Of a DNA stretch of 64,000 bases, positions 38,756-52,800 are shown one piece after another. Positions within the stretch are counted from its first letter, which is position 1. Every line of letters begins with the position of its first letter. A program made the position numbers and the translations under genes. Source of the DNA: Cycas panzhihuaensis. Its lineage: Eukaryota; Plantae; Cycadophyta. The DNA lies in assembly GCA_023213395.1 (NCBI GenBank), contig CM041465.1, positions 124,069,741 through 124,133,740 on the forward strand, given 5' to 3'. A model generated the notes under the pieces. That model did not search any database. It was not told where the DNA came from and was given only the letters and a program-made list of their open reading frames with translations.

Positions 38756-41700
38756 TGTTGGTACACATTTTGTTTATAAGTGTCACTATGTTATGACCAC
38801 AATATGTTCATAAGTGTCAATGTGTTATAAGAATGTTATTAATATCTCATGTAATATGTTGATAGATGGTCAGTTGTGAAAGGTTGTTACAATGGGTCAT
38901 CATATGTCGTATATTAAGAGAGTCAAGAACATCTTTGGGACCAGGGTTGGCTGTCAGGATTATAAGCCACTTTTTATGTTACAAGTCTTAGCACATGGTC
39001 TAGGTGTGAAACTAGTACTAGATGATCATCTGCTTAGGTCCATCTTGTGCTTGGTATTGTACATATTTTGATATAATCATAAGAGTATATATTGATGGTA
39101 CACTAATATATGTGAATGATTGTACCTATTAATTACTTCTCTCTGTTAGTAGTTGGATATTTGTACATATGGTTGAATAATGATGTTGCATTACAGAACC
39201 TCTCTATCCCTTTCTTCCTAGAAGAACCGGGAATAGTTAATCAACATCTGGCATCATTATCAATCTAGGAATGAGGTGGTTTAAGGAACGATCAAAATAA
39301 ATGATGATCTTGAATCCAAACATACAACTTGCCTTGTTGGATGATTTGATATTGATCCATATAACTAAAGAAGATTTTGAAGCTATAAGAAGAACAAAAA
39401 AATTCTTGCTACGACATGATATTGTTAGATATTATATGGATGACATTGTGGTAATACGACTGGAAGTACTCGCCAACATTCTACATCATGACAAGTTTTA
39501 AGTAATGCCCGGTTCAAGCATATAGAACGATCTCCGCACATTTTTAAGAAAAATGATGGAAAGTCGGATCATCAACAACAATTGAGACAATCTACAAGAA
39601 CCACAACATGCATTGCTGCTCAACAAAAAGATCGTTCACTAAATTAAAGAAATTGGGTGATTATAGATCATGTATGACAAATGTTGAGAAGATGGGAACA
39701 AAAACATGGACGAGATCAAGAATTGAAGGAGATCACAGATGCATTTGCACGATGAAGTCTCTAAGGACGTAGAATAGGAAGTACAAGTGATTAGTTATTT
39801 ACTATAGATGCCATCAAACAAAATTGCAAAATAAAGACAAGCCCTAGAGAAGGAAAATAGGGTCGATCCCCATTTGGAAAATTCTACGAACAACGACATG
39901 CTAATCACAAAGACACTAATCACAAACACGAAGACGAATTTAGACAATGAAGGCTCTTGCAATTAAGTTGAGCAAAATCTCAACTTAAACCAATCATGGC
40001 AACTCCTAAAGGTGGCAAGTAAAAACGACCAATATTCAACACAAACACAAATGAGGATCTAACATGTCACTACAACATGTCCGAAATGATCTAGATTGCA
40101 AATGGAGAAGCAGATAAGGACCACTGCCTTCAAGTTTTTCTAGCGACATGATATAGAAAATGAGTGGTACAAAGAGTTTGAAGAAGGTTATTTCACGAAA
40201 TGGAGTGACTTACACAATGCATTTGAAAAAGAAATTAGACTTCTACGAGACGATAGCAAGATGGTAGATCAGATATACAATTTAAAATAAGAAGCTAAAC
40301 AAACCATCATGAGTTCCAACACCAAATTAAAAAGCTTAGTCAAGAAAATAGAAAATGAAAAAGATGGTTTTTAAAAGGTATACTTCCAAAATATAGATGA
40401 ATACTTCTAGTGGTTCCACCTGCATCCTATCAAGAAGCAGTTGATTGAGCAATGAGTTTAGAAATAGAGAACAAGGCAGAATCATGGCATCAAATAAAAG
40501 TTTCTAAAAATGATAATAAGGAATAATCTTCTATTGAGTCATTACAGGAAGATTTGATGAAGATGATGAAAGACTTAACATGACAGCCTAAGGAGCGCTA
40601 ACAAGTGTGGTGCACCAAGTGCAAAATAAAGGGGCACATGGAAATGGAATGTCCAAAAACCTAGGAACTCAAATATTGTCGTATATGTAAAATGAGTAAC
40701 CATAATATAGACGAATGTGGATTTAATATTTGAGCATGAAGGCGATACGATCAAGACGCATTTCTAGCAAAGCGAGAACCCAATAGACCCTTTGGATGTG
40801 GGTAAGGAGGAAATTTTGGACATGGGCCTCGACAACTAGTACCAAGGGATTCCCAAGGACATCCCATGGTTCAATGTTTCAAATGTAAATTATGGGGGCA
40901 TTTCAACAGAGATTACCCAAATAAGGAAAATATTACAACTATGACCTTGTGTCGTTAGTGTGGTCTGGGGGATCATGACAATGATCACTGTATTCAACAG
41001 CAAAACAAATTTGTGAGTCGGGTTGAAATTGAGGGGTTGAAGACTCTCAATGACAAAACTCTTCCAGCTTATGTCATGTATGTAAGGAGAGTGAAGAAAC
41101 AAGAATATCCAAACCCTCAGGAGGAAAAAATTCGTGTTCAAGAAGCTAGGAATATGATCAAGTCCATACAAACACAACAACAACAAACAATCGAGACTAC
41201 ACTTTTGACAGAACAATCAAGAGAACTACACATTCTAACCAAAAGCAACCAACGCAAAGGGTTTATCAAACATCGGCTACAACAAGTGCACTAGTAGATC
41301 AACTCCTACAAATGGAAGTTCCAATAAAGGTAGCAACTTTATTGTTATATGATCCAACTATCATACATACTATGATGACCCGAGTATAAGAGATACTTGA
41401 GAGAAATGAGCAAACCATGATGAACTAAAATTAGGTGGAGGAAAAAGAGCAATTACGAAGACAAATGATCATAGCAGAAGATTTTCATACTGGCAAACTC
41501 ATGGGAAATAACCCCAATGTGGACAATCCTCACGATGAACAACATGTTAAAACTATCGAAGTTGACCAAGATACAGAATTGACTATGCAAATGCTTGGAT
41601 GCAGTTTAGAACATATAGTGATGAACGAAGGAGTTGGGAGTTAACATCATACCAATAACCACTTGGAAGAGGTTGTGATAACTAACCTTGGGGCCACCAC

Positions 41701-43830
41701 AATTTCAGTTAAGGCCCACAGATCGACATGGAGTATAGCCTTTGGGAATGCTAATGGCGCAAAAGATCCAGATTGCAAATTGTGTTTGTCATAGACTTTG
41801 TAGTCATTTCAATGATTGATGGAATGCCGCCAACTTTTGACGCCTTACTAGGGTGACCATGGTTGCATGGTACAAGAGTCATTCAAAATTGAGGATGTAA
41901 TACACTCACAATCAAGCAAAATGGTAGGAAATTACTGCTAAATTTAAATCATCATACAATAAGTGAAGAACTTATAGATTCTAGTTCCTTAGATGATGAG
42001 GATGAGGGTTATGAGGATCAAAATGATTTAGATTCCCAAATAAAATCAAATGTGCATCACCCATTAGATGTACTTTTTGATGATGATAATAAATGTGAAC
42101 CTATAAAGGGTGTTTTGTATTTGGATCCCTATTTAGAAGATGAAGTAGGTTTTGATAATGGTTTATTTCACTGGAAACAAGAAGATTATGAAATATTTAC
42201 TCCATCGTGTTATAGAATTGATATTGAAATAGATGTTATGTCTTGGGCCATAATGCAACACAATCAAATTTCACATGCACAAATGAAAAATTGAATAAGT
42301 GAATTTAAGCACCGAGGCACTAATAAATCAAAAGGTTGTTCGTAAAAAGGCAAAGACAATAAAACCTATTATAGGCCAAGTAATGATGTGACGAAAAAAT
42401 GGAGACCAATCTTGAATTACAAAGACCATTCATATGAAATAAACACGAATTATTAATGGATAAATAAATAAAATAAATATTAAAAAAAGCATTAATGAAC
42501 GTGTTGTGGATGGCGAACGACCAACCATGACCCATTGTGATTGGCCAATCACGATGATCACGGTCGGTCAACCTGCAACCAGTTGATCCACATAACCTAA
42601 CCGACCTTGGTTGGTCGATCCACACTGTAACCAACATCAACATCAAGTGATAACTGACCATAATTGGCCAAGCTACACTATAATCTACCTTGATCAACCG
42701 ATCCACCGAGCCTTGTCGATCCATTTTATATAATGATTGTTGATCATCATTTCAACCTATTGATCATCATTCAAATCTCCAATCATCAGTCACACTATAT
42801 CAATCATTACTTTGACCTGGTTAATCACTATCTACAAAGTGCCAATCATCATCAATTTAACCTTGCCAATCACCATTCACAAAGTTTCGTGTTGATCATC
42901 ATCACTTAAAGATCGCTAATCAAGCCTACTGATCATCATCATTGAGTCAACCCTGTCAATCACTATCTACGAAGTTTCGATCATCATCACCAATTGAAGA
43001 TCATCAATCAAGCTTACCAATCATCATTCAAATCGGTTGATCACACAGCTGCCAATCATCATCATCGTATTTTTGGAAGTTGGCTAATTAGAGAAACAAC
43101 TCTTCATCTCTATTTTGTATGTCAATTTTCTTAATACAAATTGGCCCCCTTATCACTAACAATGCAAGGGCTCATCATTGCTAGAAGTTCAATGAATCAA
43201 CCACAAAAGGATAACCACTATGTTACTAATCGAAGGAGGAGTGGAATATTGAGGAAGAGTGAAATATTGAGGAGTGAAGTATTGATATGCACACGAGTTT
43301 TGAAGGAGAAAAATTAGAAAATAAAAGGATAAAAAGTGATCTATAAACAATAGATCTCTAGACTCAAGGAAGAATTACATAGATGCCACAAATAGATTGA
43401 TACTCTATCAGAAGAATTACAAGAAGATAAATTACAGCATGAACAAGTACTACAGGTGCTTAGTAAGGGAAATTGAAGATAGCAGCAAAAAGAAAGCTTA
43501 AATCCAGTAGCTTTCAAGTTGATAACCACTGCTCTGACTCGTGATTCAAGGCCCTCATCTGTAGCACACCATCCATAGTTACACCACATCACTTTTGTAG
43601 ACATTCCTGACCAACATGTTCAGAGCTTAAAAAAGGGAGAATAGATGTTGAGACACATTTTGTTTATAGGTGTCGGGATGTTATGACCATATTATATTCA
43701 TAAGCGTCAAGGTGTTATGTAACAAGAATGTTATTAATATCTCATGTAATATGTTAACCAATGGTTAGTTGTGAAAGGTCGTTATGATGGGTCATCACAT
43801 GTAGTATATTAAGAGAGTCGAATACATTTT
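38756..43830 (+). mobile_element. Non-autonomous gypsy element E (gag + protease, no RT/RH/INT; TR-GAG-like) inserted in C gag
   Basis: 5' LTR 38756-39246; decayed Asp-type PBS TGGCATCATTATC; gag from ~39996 with four knuckles; protease remnant ~41560-41950; PPT AAAAAAGGGAGAATAGA; 3' LTR 43646-43830, truncated by F. Confidence 0.85.
42500..43070 (+). repeat. Degenerate short tandem repeats in E (GATCA/ATCATC-rich)
   Basis: Many copies of TGATCATCAT / CCAATCATC. Confidence 0.7.
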
Positions 43831-44663
43831 TGTTGACTCAATATCTGTCCTACTAAGATATTCACTTGTCAAGGGTTTCCACTGTAGTCTAGGGTGTATT
43901 CATGGTCAACATATGAGTTAATATATTATACTATGACTCATAAATCCATAATACAATTTCAAACACAATTTTGTATCGTGCATTCATCACATGAGTACAC
44001 ACATAAGTTCCTCATAACTCTATTATTCCATTAAGCAATAATCAATGTTTACATGGCATTCTATCATACCATATCATCTGTACATCCACTTGGCTAATTA
44101 TCCATACCAGACCAAGCCCAATGGATCACTTTACTCATCTCTCACATCAATCTAGTCAATTGAATAGGTTTAAATAGGTCATGCATCCCTATTGGGGAAT
44201 GATTGTGACTAGGAGTCACAATTGTCCCTTTTTCATAATGCATGTCTCTTCATAACTAAACCTGGGTTAACCATTATGTTGTTTAATCATTCCACACATG
44301 CATCTGTATGGTTTTTTCCATGTGGCTCTCTTCTACCTTGAACATTCTGCATCTATTCCTTATGCATTCCTTGACTATGTTGTATGTGTTCTATGCCTAT
44401 AGTGCATTCCTACAACAGAACGCAAAGTGTTATGTACTCACTGTTCACTTTTTTCTTGTTTGTTCCTCATTTTGAATGCTTGTTGGATGATTCTCCTGTA
44501 TTTATTAGTCATATTAAATGACGATTAACCATACGTTCCTACCTTTGGATGCACAAGTATTGATTTTGACCCTAACATCTATCCCGAGTCAACAAAAATG
44601 GTTGAGCATCCTTGCTCAAACTCAAAATTTTCAAAAACTTTTCGTATTCTCCTCCTCCCTCTC
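43831..44663 (-). mobile_element. Fragment F: 3' LTR (43831-44577) plus ~85 bp of 3' UTR of a D-related element
   Basis: TGTTG…CTAACA termini; on the minus strand shares CCTTGACAAG…GTCAACA, GGGATAGA|TGTT and the TTGAGCAAGGATGCTCAA hairpin with D. Confidence 0.85.
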
Positions 44664-47328
44664 TGAAATTAGGACTGCTCCATATAGTCACATTTTCAAA
44701 ATTTTGTTTTCTCTCAACTTTTTCCTAATGGCTTCAATCTATGCATTCCTGAATAGGAAAAGTTGACTATAGTTAATTTTAGCACATGGAAAGGAAAAAT
44801 ATAAGAAATACTATTCGCAAAAGGAGCTTGGGAGCAAACTAGAATGTCCTACCAAGACCACCTAGAGATGTTGAAGTTAAAGAATTTGATGAATGTGATC
44901 ATTATGCCCTTGTTGCAATTACTCTTTGCTACGGATCATGTATTCCCATACATCATCCACGCTAACTCTACTCACGAAGCTTGGAGTATTTTGTCTTCTC
45001 TTTATGCACAAGAGAATGTAGTTAGGGTTATTTTCCTAAAAGAAGGATTGTACAAAGAGAAAATGTCATCAAATGAAAGCGTAATTAGTTTTCTCACTAG
45101 GTTAAAAAGCCTACGTGAGAATCTAGCAGTTGCAAGAATTAAGGTAGATGGGCAAGAATTAGTACAACTGGTACTAAGAAAGCTTCCCAAGTCATATGAA
45201 AACTTTACCACCACTATATCTCTCTCTCTCCTAGTATAAAAAACATGTCTTTTGATGTCATGTGTGGTTAGTTGCTTTAATTTAAACAAAGAAAGAAAAA
45301 CTATGAAGAATCTAACTTGGAAAATACCTTTGCTTCAAAAGCCAAAATTTATGAAAGGATAGTTCAATCTCAACCTAGATGGGGGTCTGTAGGGAAAAAC
45401 AAAGGAAGGGCTCAAAGAAATGCACATCCTGTTTCCAAAAACCCATCCCAAAGAATAACGTGCTTCTATTGTGGGAAACTAGGATATTTTGTAAGAGACT
45501 GCAAGTATAGGAAAGCAGACATTGCTTGAGGGTAAAAGGCAATAGGAAACTTCAATGGAGAAAAAGAATAAGAGGAAGGTGATACTGAAGAAACAACATT
45601 CATAGCAGCTTTATCTACCAAGATCTCATCTCAAAGCAATTGGTACATAGACTAGGGAGCCTCCAAACACATGACTCCAAACATGACTAATTCAAGAAGA
45701 TCAACAAGGACAGAACTAAGGTTGTAGTTGAGCTTGGAGACAACACTACTCACCCCATCCAAGGAAAAGGCACAGTACTAGTAACGATTGATGGAGAAAT
45801 TAAAAAGGTTGCCAATGTTTTATATGTACCACAGACGAAAAAGAATCTCCTTTTTATATTTCAGATGACTAAAAGGAATCTTAAGGTCACTTTTGAAGGT
45901 AATGAATGCCGCATCAAAAATAAAAATAAAGAAATCATAGGAAAAGGAGTAGAAGAAAATGGGCTCTATAAATTTGTAGCTACTCCTACAACTACAACTC
46001 CTCAAGCCCTCTTTGTAAATATTAATCATAAGAGTGAAATATGGCATTTAAGGTATGGGCATCTCTCTTATAATTACTTGTCTCAGCTAGAAACACACAA
46101 TATGGTAGAAGGTCTTCCTTCCATTAAAAGATCTTAATTAATTTGTGAAGGTTGCATGCTTGGAAAGCAACATCGGCAAAGATTTCATCTGATCTCCTGG
46201 CGATCTCAGAACAAGCTTGAGCTTATTCACAATGATATCTATGGCCCTACTAGTCTAGTTTTAATAGGACAATCCAAGTACTATTTGACATTTATAGATG
46301 ATTGCATGAGGAAAATTTGGATCTACTTCCTCAAAAACAAATATGAACCATTTCATATCTTTAAGGAATTCAAAGCCCGGGTTGAAAAGGAGAGGAAAAG
46401 AAAGATTAGGATCCTAGAGCCCTCCTCAATGGAAGCAACACTTCAAATATATATTGGACAAAAGCCATTAACACAGGTGCTTATCTTCTCAATAGGAGTC
46501 CCCCTATAGCCTTGGAAGAGATAACTCTTGAAGAAGCTTGGATAGGTAGAAAACCAAAGATGACACCTTTGATGAGTCTCTGTCCAATAATTTAGTTCAG
46601 AAATCAGAATCCTCCCCATTCTACTCAGTGGATAAAGAAGAAATTGTAAAAAACTATAATTTTGAAATTCAAGCAAAAGAAGATCAAGCAGGTACTCAAG
46701 AAGCCACATCCAGCAGACAAGGTAGTTCAGTAGATGGACAACATAGTACAACAAGGAAAGTGCCTAAATGGTATGTTGAGACTCTACAAGATTCAGAAAT
46801 CCAAAATATTAAAGATTTAGAAAGAGGAAGGACTAGAAATCAAGTCCAACATTCTCTCCTATGTAACACTAAGCCTGTAACTTATGAAGAAGCTAGTACA
46901 AATAAAAACTAGGTACAAGCCATGGACAAAGAAATCAACATAATCGAAAGGAATAATGCCTAGGATCTAGTTCCACCACCACCAAATAAACCCATTATAG
47001 GATGTAAACGAGTCTTCAAAGCAAAAGAAGAGGCAAATGGAACTATTGAGAAACACGAGGCTTGACTAGTTGGCCAAGGCTATACCCAAACCAAAGGAAT
47101 AAACTATGACGAGACTTTTGCTCCCGTAGAAAAAATGATCATCATCAAAACTATCCTAGCTACTATTATACAACATGGGTGGAAAGTGTACCATATGGAC
47201 GTTAAAGGGGCATTCCTAAATAGTAACCTATCTAAAGAGGTTTTTACATGGAACAGTCACCTAGTTACATAATGGATGGAGAAGAGCACTTGGTGTGTAA
47301 ATTAAGAAAGGTCCTATATGGGCTAAGA

Positions 47329-47617
47329 CTAGTGTAGACTGTATAATAGTTTGGAAGTGTTGATAGTCACCCCTAAGATATCAATATTTGGCTTGCATGG
47401 GTACATGTGTATTTCAGGCTACCATATTTCTCCCTAGATAGAGTGCTTATAATAGGGAAGCCTAAGACATCGATAATTGGTTTTCGTCCAGGATGTTACT
47501 CAACCAGAGTGCTTATAATACAAAGAGTTGTGTGTTTAAGAAGAGGTGTAGGTGGCAAGGGCAATAGTAGTAGCAATAGCTTGAGTGCAAGTGGTGGTTA
47601 CGTGTCAAGACAACTAT

Positions 47618-47695
<78 letters not shown>

Positions 47696-47745
47696 ACTCC
47701 GCTCCATTTGATGGGAGTAAATAAGATAAGAAAATTATCTATCTA

Positions 47746-47801
<56 letters not shown>

Positions 47802-47907
47802 CACACACACACACGTGTGTGTGTGTGGGTGTGTAGATAATTTTTTTATCTTATTTACTCCCATCAATGGAGCGGAGTAAATATTCATCAGGGAACCTAT
47901 CGGCACA
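47329..47907. mobile_element. ~580-bp insertion in the RT of G, containing (TA)n and an inverted repeat around compound microsatellites
   Basis: Interrupts the LYGLR|APR motif; arms 47695-47741 and 47834-47879 are reverse complements. Confidence 0.7.
47624..47687. repeat. (AT)n microsatellite
   Basis: Direct observation. Confidence 0.95.
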
Positions 47908-49809
47908 AAAAGCTCCAAGATCCTAGTATAACAAGATAGACCAACATCTAAAACAATGTGGATTCTTGAGATGTGGAGCTAATCCAGGTCTTTATATACA
48001 CAAAATAACAAATGAAAAAATAACCATAATTGTTGTGTATGTAGATGATCTCCTCATCACTAGATACAACATAGGAAGAATATCAGAAATAAAACACATC
48101 ATGAGCACATCCTTTGAGATGACGGATTTGGGGTTGTTTCACTACTACCTAGGAGTGGAGGTGGATCAATAGCAATTTTTTTTTTTTTGTCGCAAACAAA
48201 TATGTCAAAAGACTATTGTATAACTTCGACATGGAAGATTATAAGCTAGTAGCTACACCAATGGAAACAAGGAGCAAATCTACTATAGATAATAAAGGGA
48301 AACCAGTAAATTAAACCTTATATGGAAGGTCAACCGATAAATAAAATCTTATTTAACTTACAACAAACAGACATGATATTGTATATGTTGTTTGAATAAT
48401 TTCTAGGTACATGACAACTCCCAAAGAGATTCACTAAAAAATGGCTAGAAGAATACTTAGATATATCAAAGGAACCCTCAATTTAGGGTTACAATATTCA
48501 AAAGCTCAAGTAGTCAAATTGATTAGATACATAGATTTTGATTGGGTAGGAGAAGTCAATGACAAAAAATCCATTACTACGTACTATTTCAGCCTAGGCA
48601 TAGGGACCATCTCATGGTGCAACAAAAAACAACCAACTATTGCATTGTCCTCAACAAAAGTTGAATACAAGGTTGTTGTGAGCACCTCTTGTGAAGCCAT
48701 CCGGCTTAAAAGGATGTTGGAAAAATTAAATTAGTCACAATCTTCTCCAATTCCAATATACCATGACGACCAGAGTGCAATCAATGACAAAAAACCCTAT
48801 TTTTCATGCCAAGACAATGTATCGAAGTTCATCATCATTTTATTCAAAGAAGGGTTCATCAAAAGGAAATAGAACTAGTATACTACCCAAGTGAAGAAGA
48901 ATTAGCAGATATCTTCACCAAGGCACTAGGGAAACAGAAATTTCAGCATCTCAAGCAATAGATTGGGGTAGGATTGAGGGAATAAACATTATGGGGGGTT
49001 GTTAGAGATAATGTTTATCCCGATGTATATAACTTATGTCCACAGGATTATAACTTATGTTTTTATCTTAGCTGATTAAGGGTTATGTGTCCTTTCCCCT
49101 TGTTATGCATGTAGGACACTTGTCACTCATGCAGAAGGTCTTCTCTTATATTTATGCACATTCTCTCAATGGATTAATCAATGAATTATTACTCATTCTA
49201 TCTTCATATTGCTCAGAATTCAGCTAATGGAGAAGAAATTGTCCCTATGAAAAGGCAAGGCAAGAAGGTAAACATATGTGCAAAAGATGTGGGCCAAGTA
49301 ATCATGATTCTCAGAATTGTCCACTAACAACAAAGATATATAACTTAGCTACTATAGTTTGGGATGAACCATAAACACACAATGTTAATTACTAAATAAA
49401 GGCTAGAAAAGACAAGAATAAGGATCCGTCCAATTTTGACAACCTAAAAGTGGAGAAAGATTTCATTAAGCAAAAGCAACACTACACGAAGTTACTAAGA
49501 ACATCTAACTAAATAAACCAATCGATTCAAGACCTCTATTATCCAAGTATATAAGAGGGGAGCATCTCATTTGAAAAGCACCCCAACAATGTTTGAAGCA
49601 AACATTATGTCAATAGGAGAAAAGTTAGAAGTCTTAAAGTGTTTTGCAAAATAGCTTGGGTTGGCCACACCATTATCCATAACGTTTGAATTATGGAAAT
49701 TCAATCTATATGGGAAGAAACCAATTGACCATCAAAAATCCCTTAAACATGTATGTCCAATGGTTGATGGTGCTATCAAAGTTGATATGAGGATATGCAA
49801 TAAAACACG

Positions 49810-52800
49810 TATTGAGAATGGGACATTAAGCCTATGGCCTTTAGAATCTAAACGAGAGGAAAGATTGCTATGAGAATGAAGATGATTAGCATCTAATCAA
49901 GCTAGCATGGAGATGAGCACTATGAGCAAGCATAAGCATGAGGGCACAAAATATGGAGGAGAAGGAATTGATTCAACTCTAAATAAATAAGAAGCTGATA
50001 TTAACCAAGAACAACAGCATAACACAATAACACTCAGTCTTGTAAAATACATGAAGAATTGTCTCAATATATAGAGACTCAGGAGTGTTGCATGTTTGAC
50101 GAATGTCAAACATACAAGCATGCTAGTTGCACATGGGACAAGTGTCCCTTAAAGCTCTCTTGTGAACATAAGTTCATGAGGGTACATTAACCCTCAAGTT
50201 ACAACCTTCTGCAACTAAAAATAAAGTAGGTGCGTACTTTATCACTTTAAGTGATAAGTCCCACTAACATAAAGTACATTAATAAAACATTACAAAGTAC
50301 ATCACTTAACATTTAAACATAAAGGTTTAACAATGCCCCCACCCCCCCCCCCCTCTTAATGTTTACAATGTTAAGTCAGACACCAAGACCATCTCTGGAT
50401 TTCTCAAACTTCTCTCTACCAAGTGACTTGGTAAAGATATATGCAATCTGTTGGTCTATGGGCCTAAAGAAATGTTGATCTCACTGTTCTAAACATGCTC
50501 CCTAATACAATGGTGATGAACCTCAATGCGCTTGGTCTATGCATGAAAAATTGGATTCTTGGTTAACTTGAGCACACTTTGATTGTTGCAATAGAGGCTA
50601 ATGGGGTGATCCTACTTAAGTCCAAGCTCTCCAAGAATCTGCCTTAGCCAAATAGCCTCACAAGTTGCACTGACTGCAACTTTTTACTTAGCTTCTATGG
50701 ATGACAAGGTAACATTGGGTTGCTTCTTACAACTCCACGAAATGACTCCTAAACCAAGGGTGAAAAAGTATCCCGAGGTCAATCTGCAACTATCTTAGCA
50801 ACCTGCCCAATCAAAATTCGAGAACTCCTCCAAAATGAAGTTCTCATTATGAGTATATTGAAGGCCATGTTGCAATATGCCTTTGATGTATCTTAGTATA
50901 TGCTTTATTGCATTCAATGTTTCTGATTAGGCTGAGACATATATCTGGAACAAATTCCAACTGCAAATGAAATATCTAGTTTAGTGTTGGTGAGGTAGAT
51001 TAGGCTACCCAGTAGTTGCCGGTATAATGTAGGATTTGTTGGTTCTACTTCCTCATCAAGTGATAACTGAGTGCCATTCTCCATAGGTGTTGGAGATGGT
51101 TCATAGTCCTCCATTCTGAAAGGCTGCAAAATGTCCCAAGAATACTTTGCTTGGTAAATGAAAATATGACCTGGCTGCTACCATACCTCCATGCTTAAAA
51201 ACTAATGGAGGAGTCCAAGATCAGTCATCTCAAAGCTCCTCTTAAGATCATCTTGGAGAATCTAAATCATCTTAGTGTCATTCCCTGTGATCACTAAGTC
51301 ATCAACATACAACACGACAAGGACAACATGGTTCTCCTTAACTTTTATATACAAGTTGGGATTTGATGTGGATCAATGATATCCATGTCTCAAAATATAG
51401 TCATTGATTTTAGAGTACCATGCTCTTGGGGCATGTTTTAAGCCATACAAAACCTTCTTGAGGTGACAGACCGAATGTTCTTTACCTTGTTCAATATAAC
51501 TAGGAGGTTGCTCCAAATATACCTCCTCTTAAAGATCGTCGTTGAGAAAGGTGCTCTTCACATCCATTTGGTAGATTAGCCACTTGCATTGATCAGCTAA
51601 GGCCAATATGAGTCTAATGGTATTCATGTTTGTGATTGGTGCAAAGGTCTCCTCATAACCAATGACTTCTTTTTCTATAAAATTCTTTGCAACAACTTGA
51701 ACCTTATGATGCTTGATTGAACCATCAGAGCGGAATTTGGTTTTATAAACCCATTTGCAACTGATTGCCTCTTTGTTTTTAGGCAATTTCACCAAATCCT
51801 ATGTTCCATTCTTTTCAATAGAATGGATTTCTTCATCCATGGAAGCTTTCCACTTTTCACTTTTATATGCCTCCTCAAAAGTGGAAGGCTCGTCAACACA
51901 AAGCACTTCATTCACAAGTGCATAGTTTATTTGTTGTCTCATCTTTGATGGACGTTTTCCTTCTATGATCTGACTATCCCATATTGTCTTTGTATACCAT
52001 TTGAGTAACTTCTTTATAGAAGTAGCTTCAACCTCAATATGCTCTTGCTGTAAAGGTTGATCAAATGAAGAAGTGTTAGGGTCAAGTGGAACTGAATTTG
52101 AATAGATGGAGACAAAGTAGAAGCAACAAGAACAGAAGATGTACATGGTGTAGATGATTGTGAGGGAAGAAAATCCTCAACAACCTTTTTACCTTTTTCA
52201 TTGGGAGATTGGATGGATGCAGATTCCAACTGCTCATTATCTTCAACAAAGATTACATCTCTAAAAAGATGCATTTTCTTAGTAGTGGGATCATATATCC
52301 TATATGCTTTATTGTGAATAGCATAGCCAACAAAAATACATTTGAGACTATTTTTATCTAACTTGGTTCTTTGTTGATGGGGAATATGCATATAAGAAGT
52401 ACACCCAAAAGTCATTGAATTGCTAACTATTAGCTTTCTGCCAAACCAAGCCTCCTCTAGTGTGATGTCGGTGACTGTTGTAGTTGGACTCCTGTTTACC
52501 ACATAGATTACTGTGTGGAATGCTTCTACCCAATAGGAATGAGGTAGCCCTTTTACATGCATTATTGCTTTGGCTTTATTAGCCAAAGTCCTATTCATCT
52601 GGTCAGAAACTCCATTCTACTATAGTGTGTGAGGAGTAGTGAGTTGTCGCCTGATCCCATGAGCCTTGCAAAATTGATTGAATTCCCTTGAGGTAAATTT
52701 ACCTCCATTATTTGATCTCAAGATTTCGATTGAGTATCCAGATTCATTTTCCACCTCTAGTTTGAATTCTTTAAATTTTTTAAATACCTCTAATTTTTGC

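Larger units (their letters stand above)
44728..49329 (+). mobile_element. Ty1/copia element G lacking its 5' LTR; 3' LTR 49000-49329
   Basis: Gag (ORF 44844), CFYCGKLG knuckle, WYID*GASKHMT, WHLRYGHL, internally deleted INT, RT YVDDL, RNaseH; PPT GGGGGG, then TGTTAG…CTAACA. Confidence 0.9.

Noticed and set aside
47407-47836. ORFs with YIYIYI / LSLSLS runs
   Set aside because: Translation of microsatellites
47329-47907. Helitron or solo-LTR identity for the insertion in G
   Set aside because: Left A|CTAG fits a minus-strand Helitron end, but the right end lacks the matching terminus; TG…CA ends have no matching TSD
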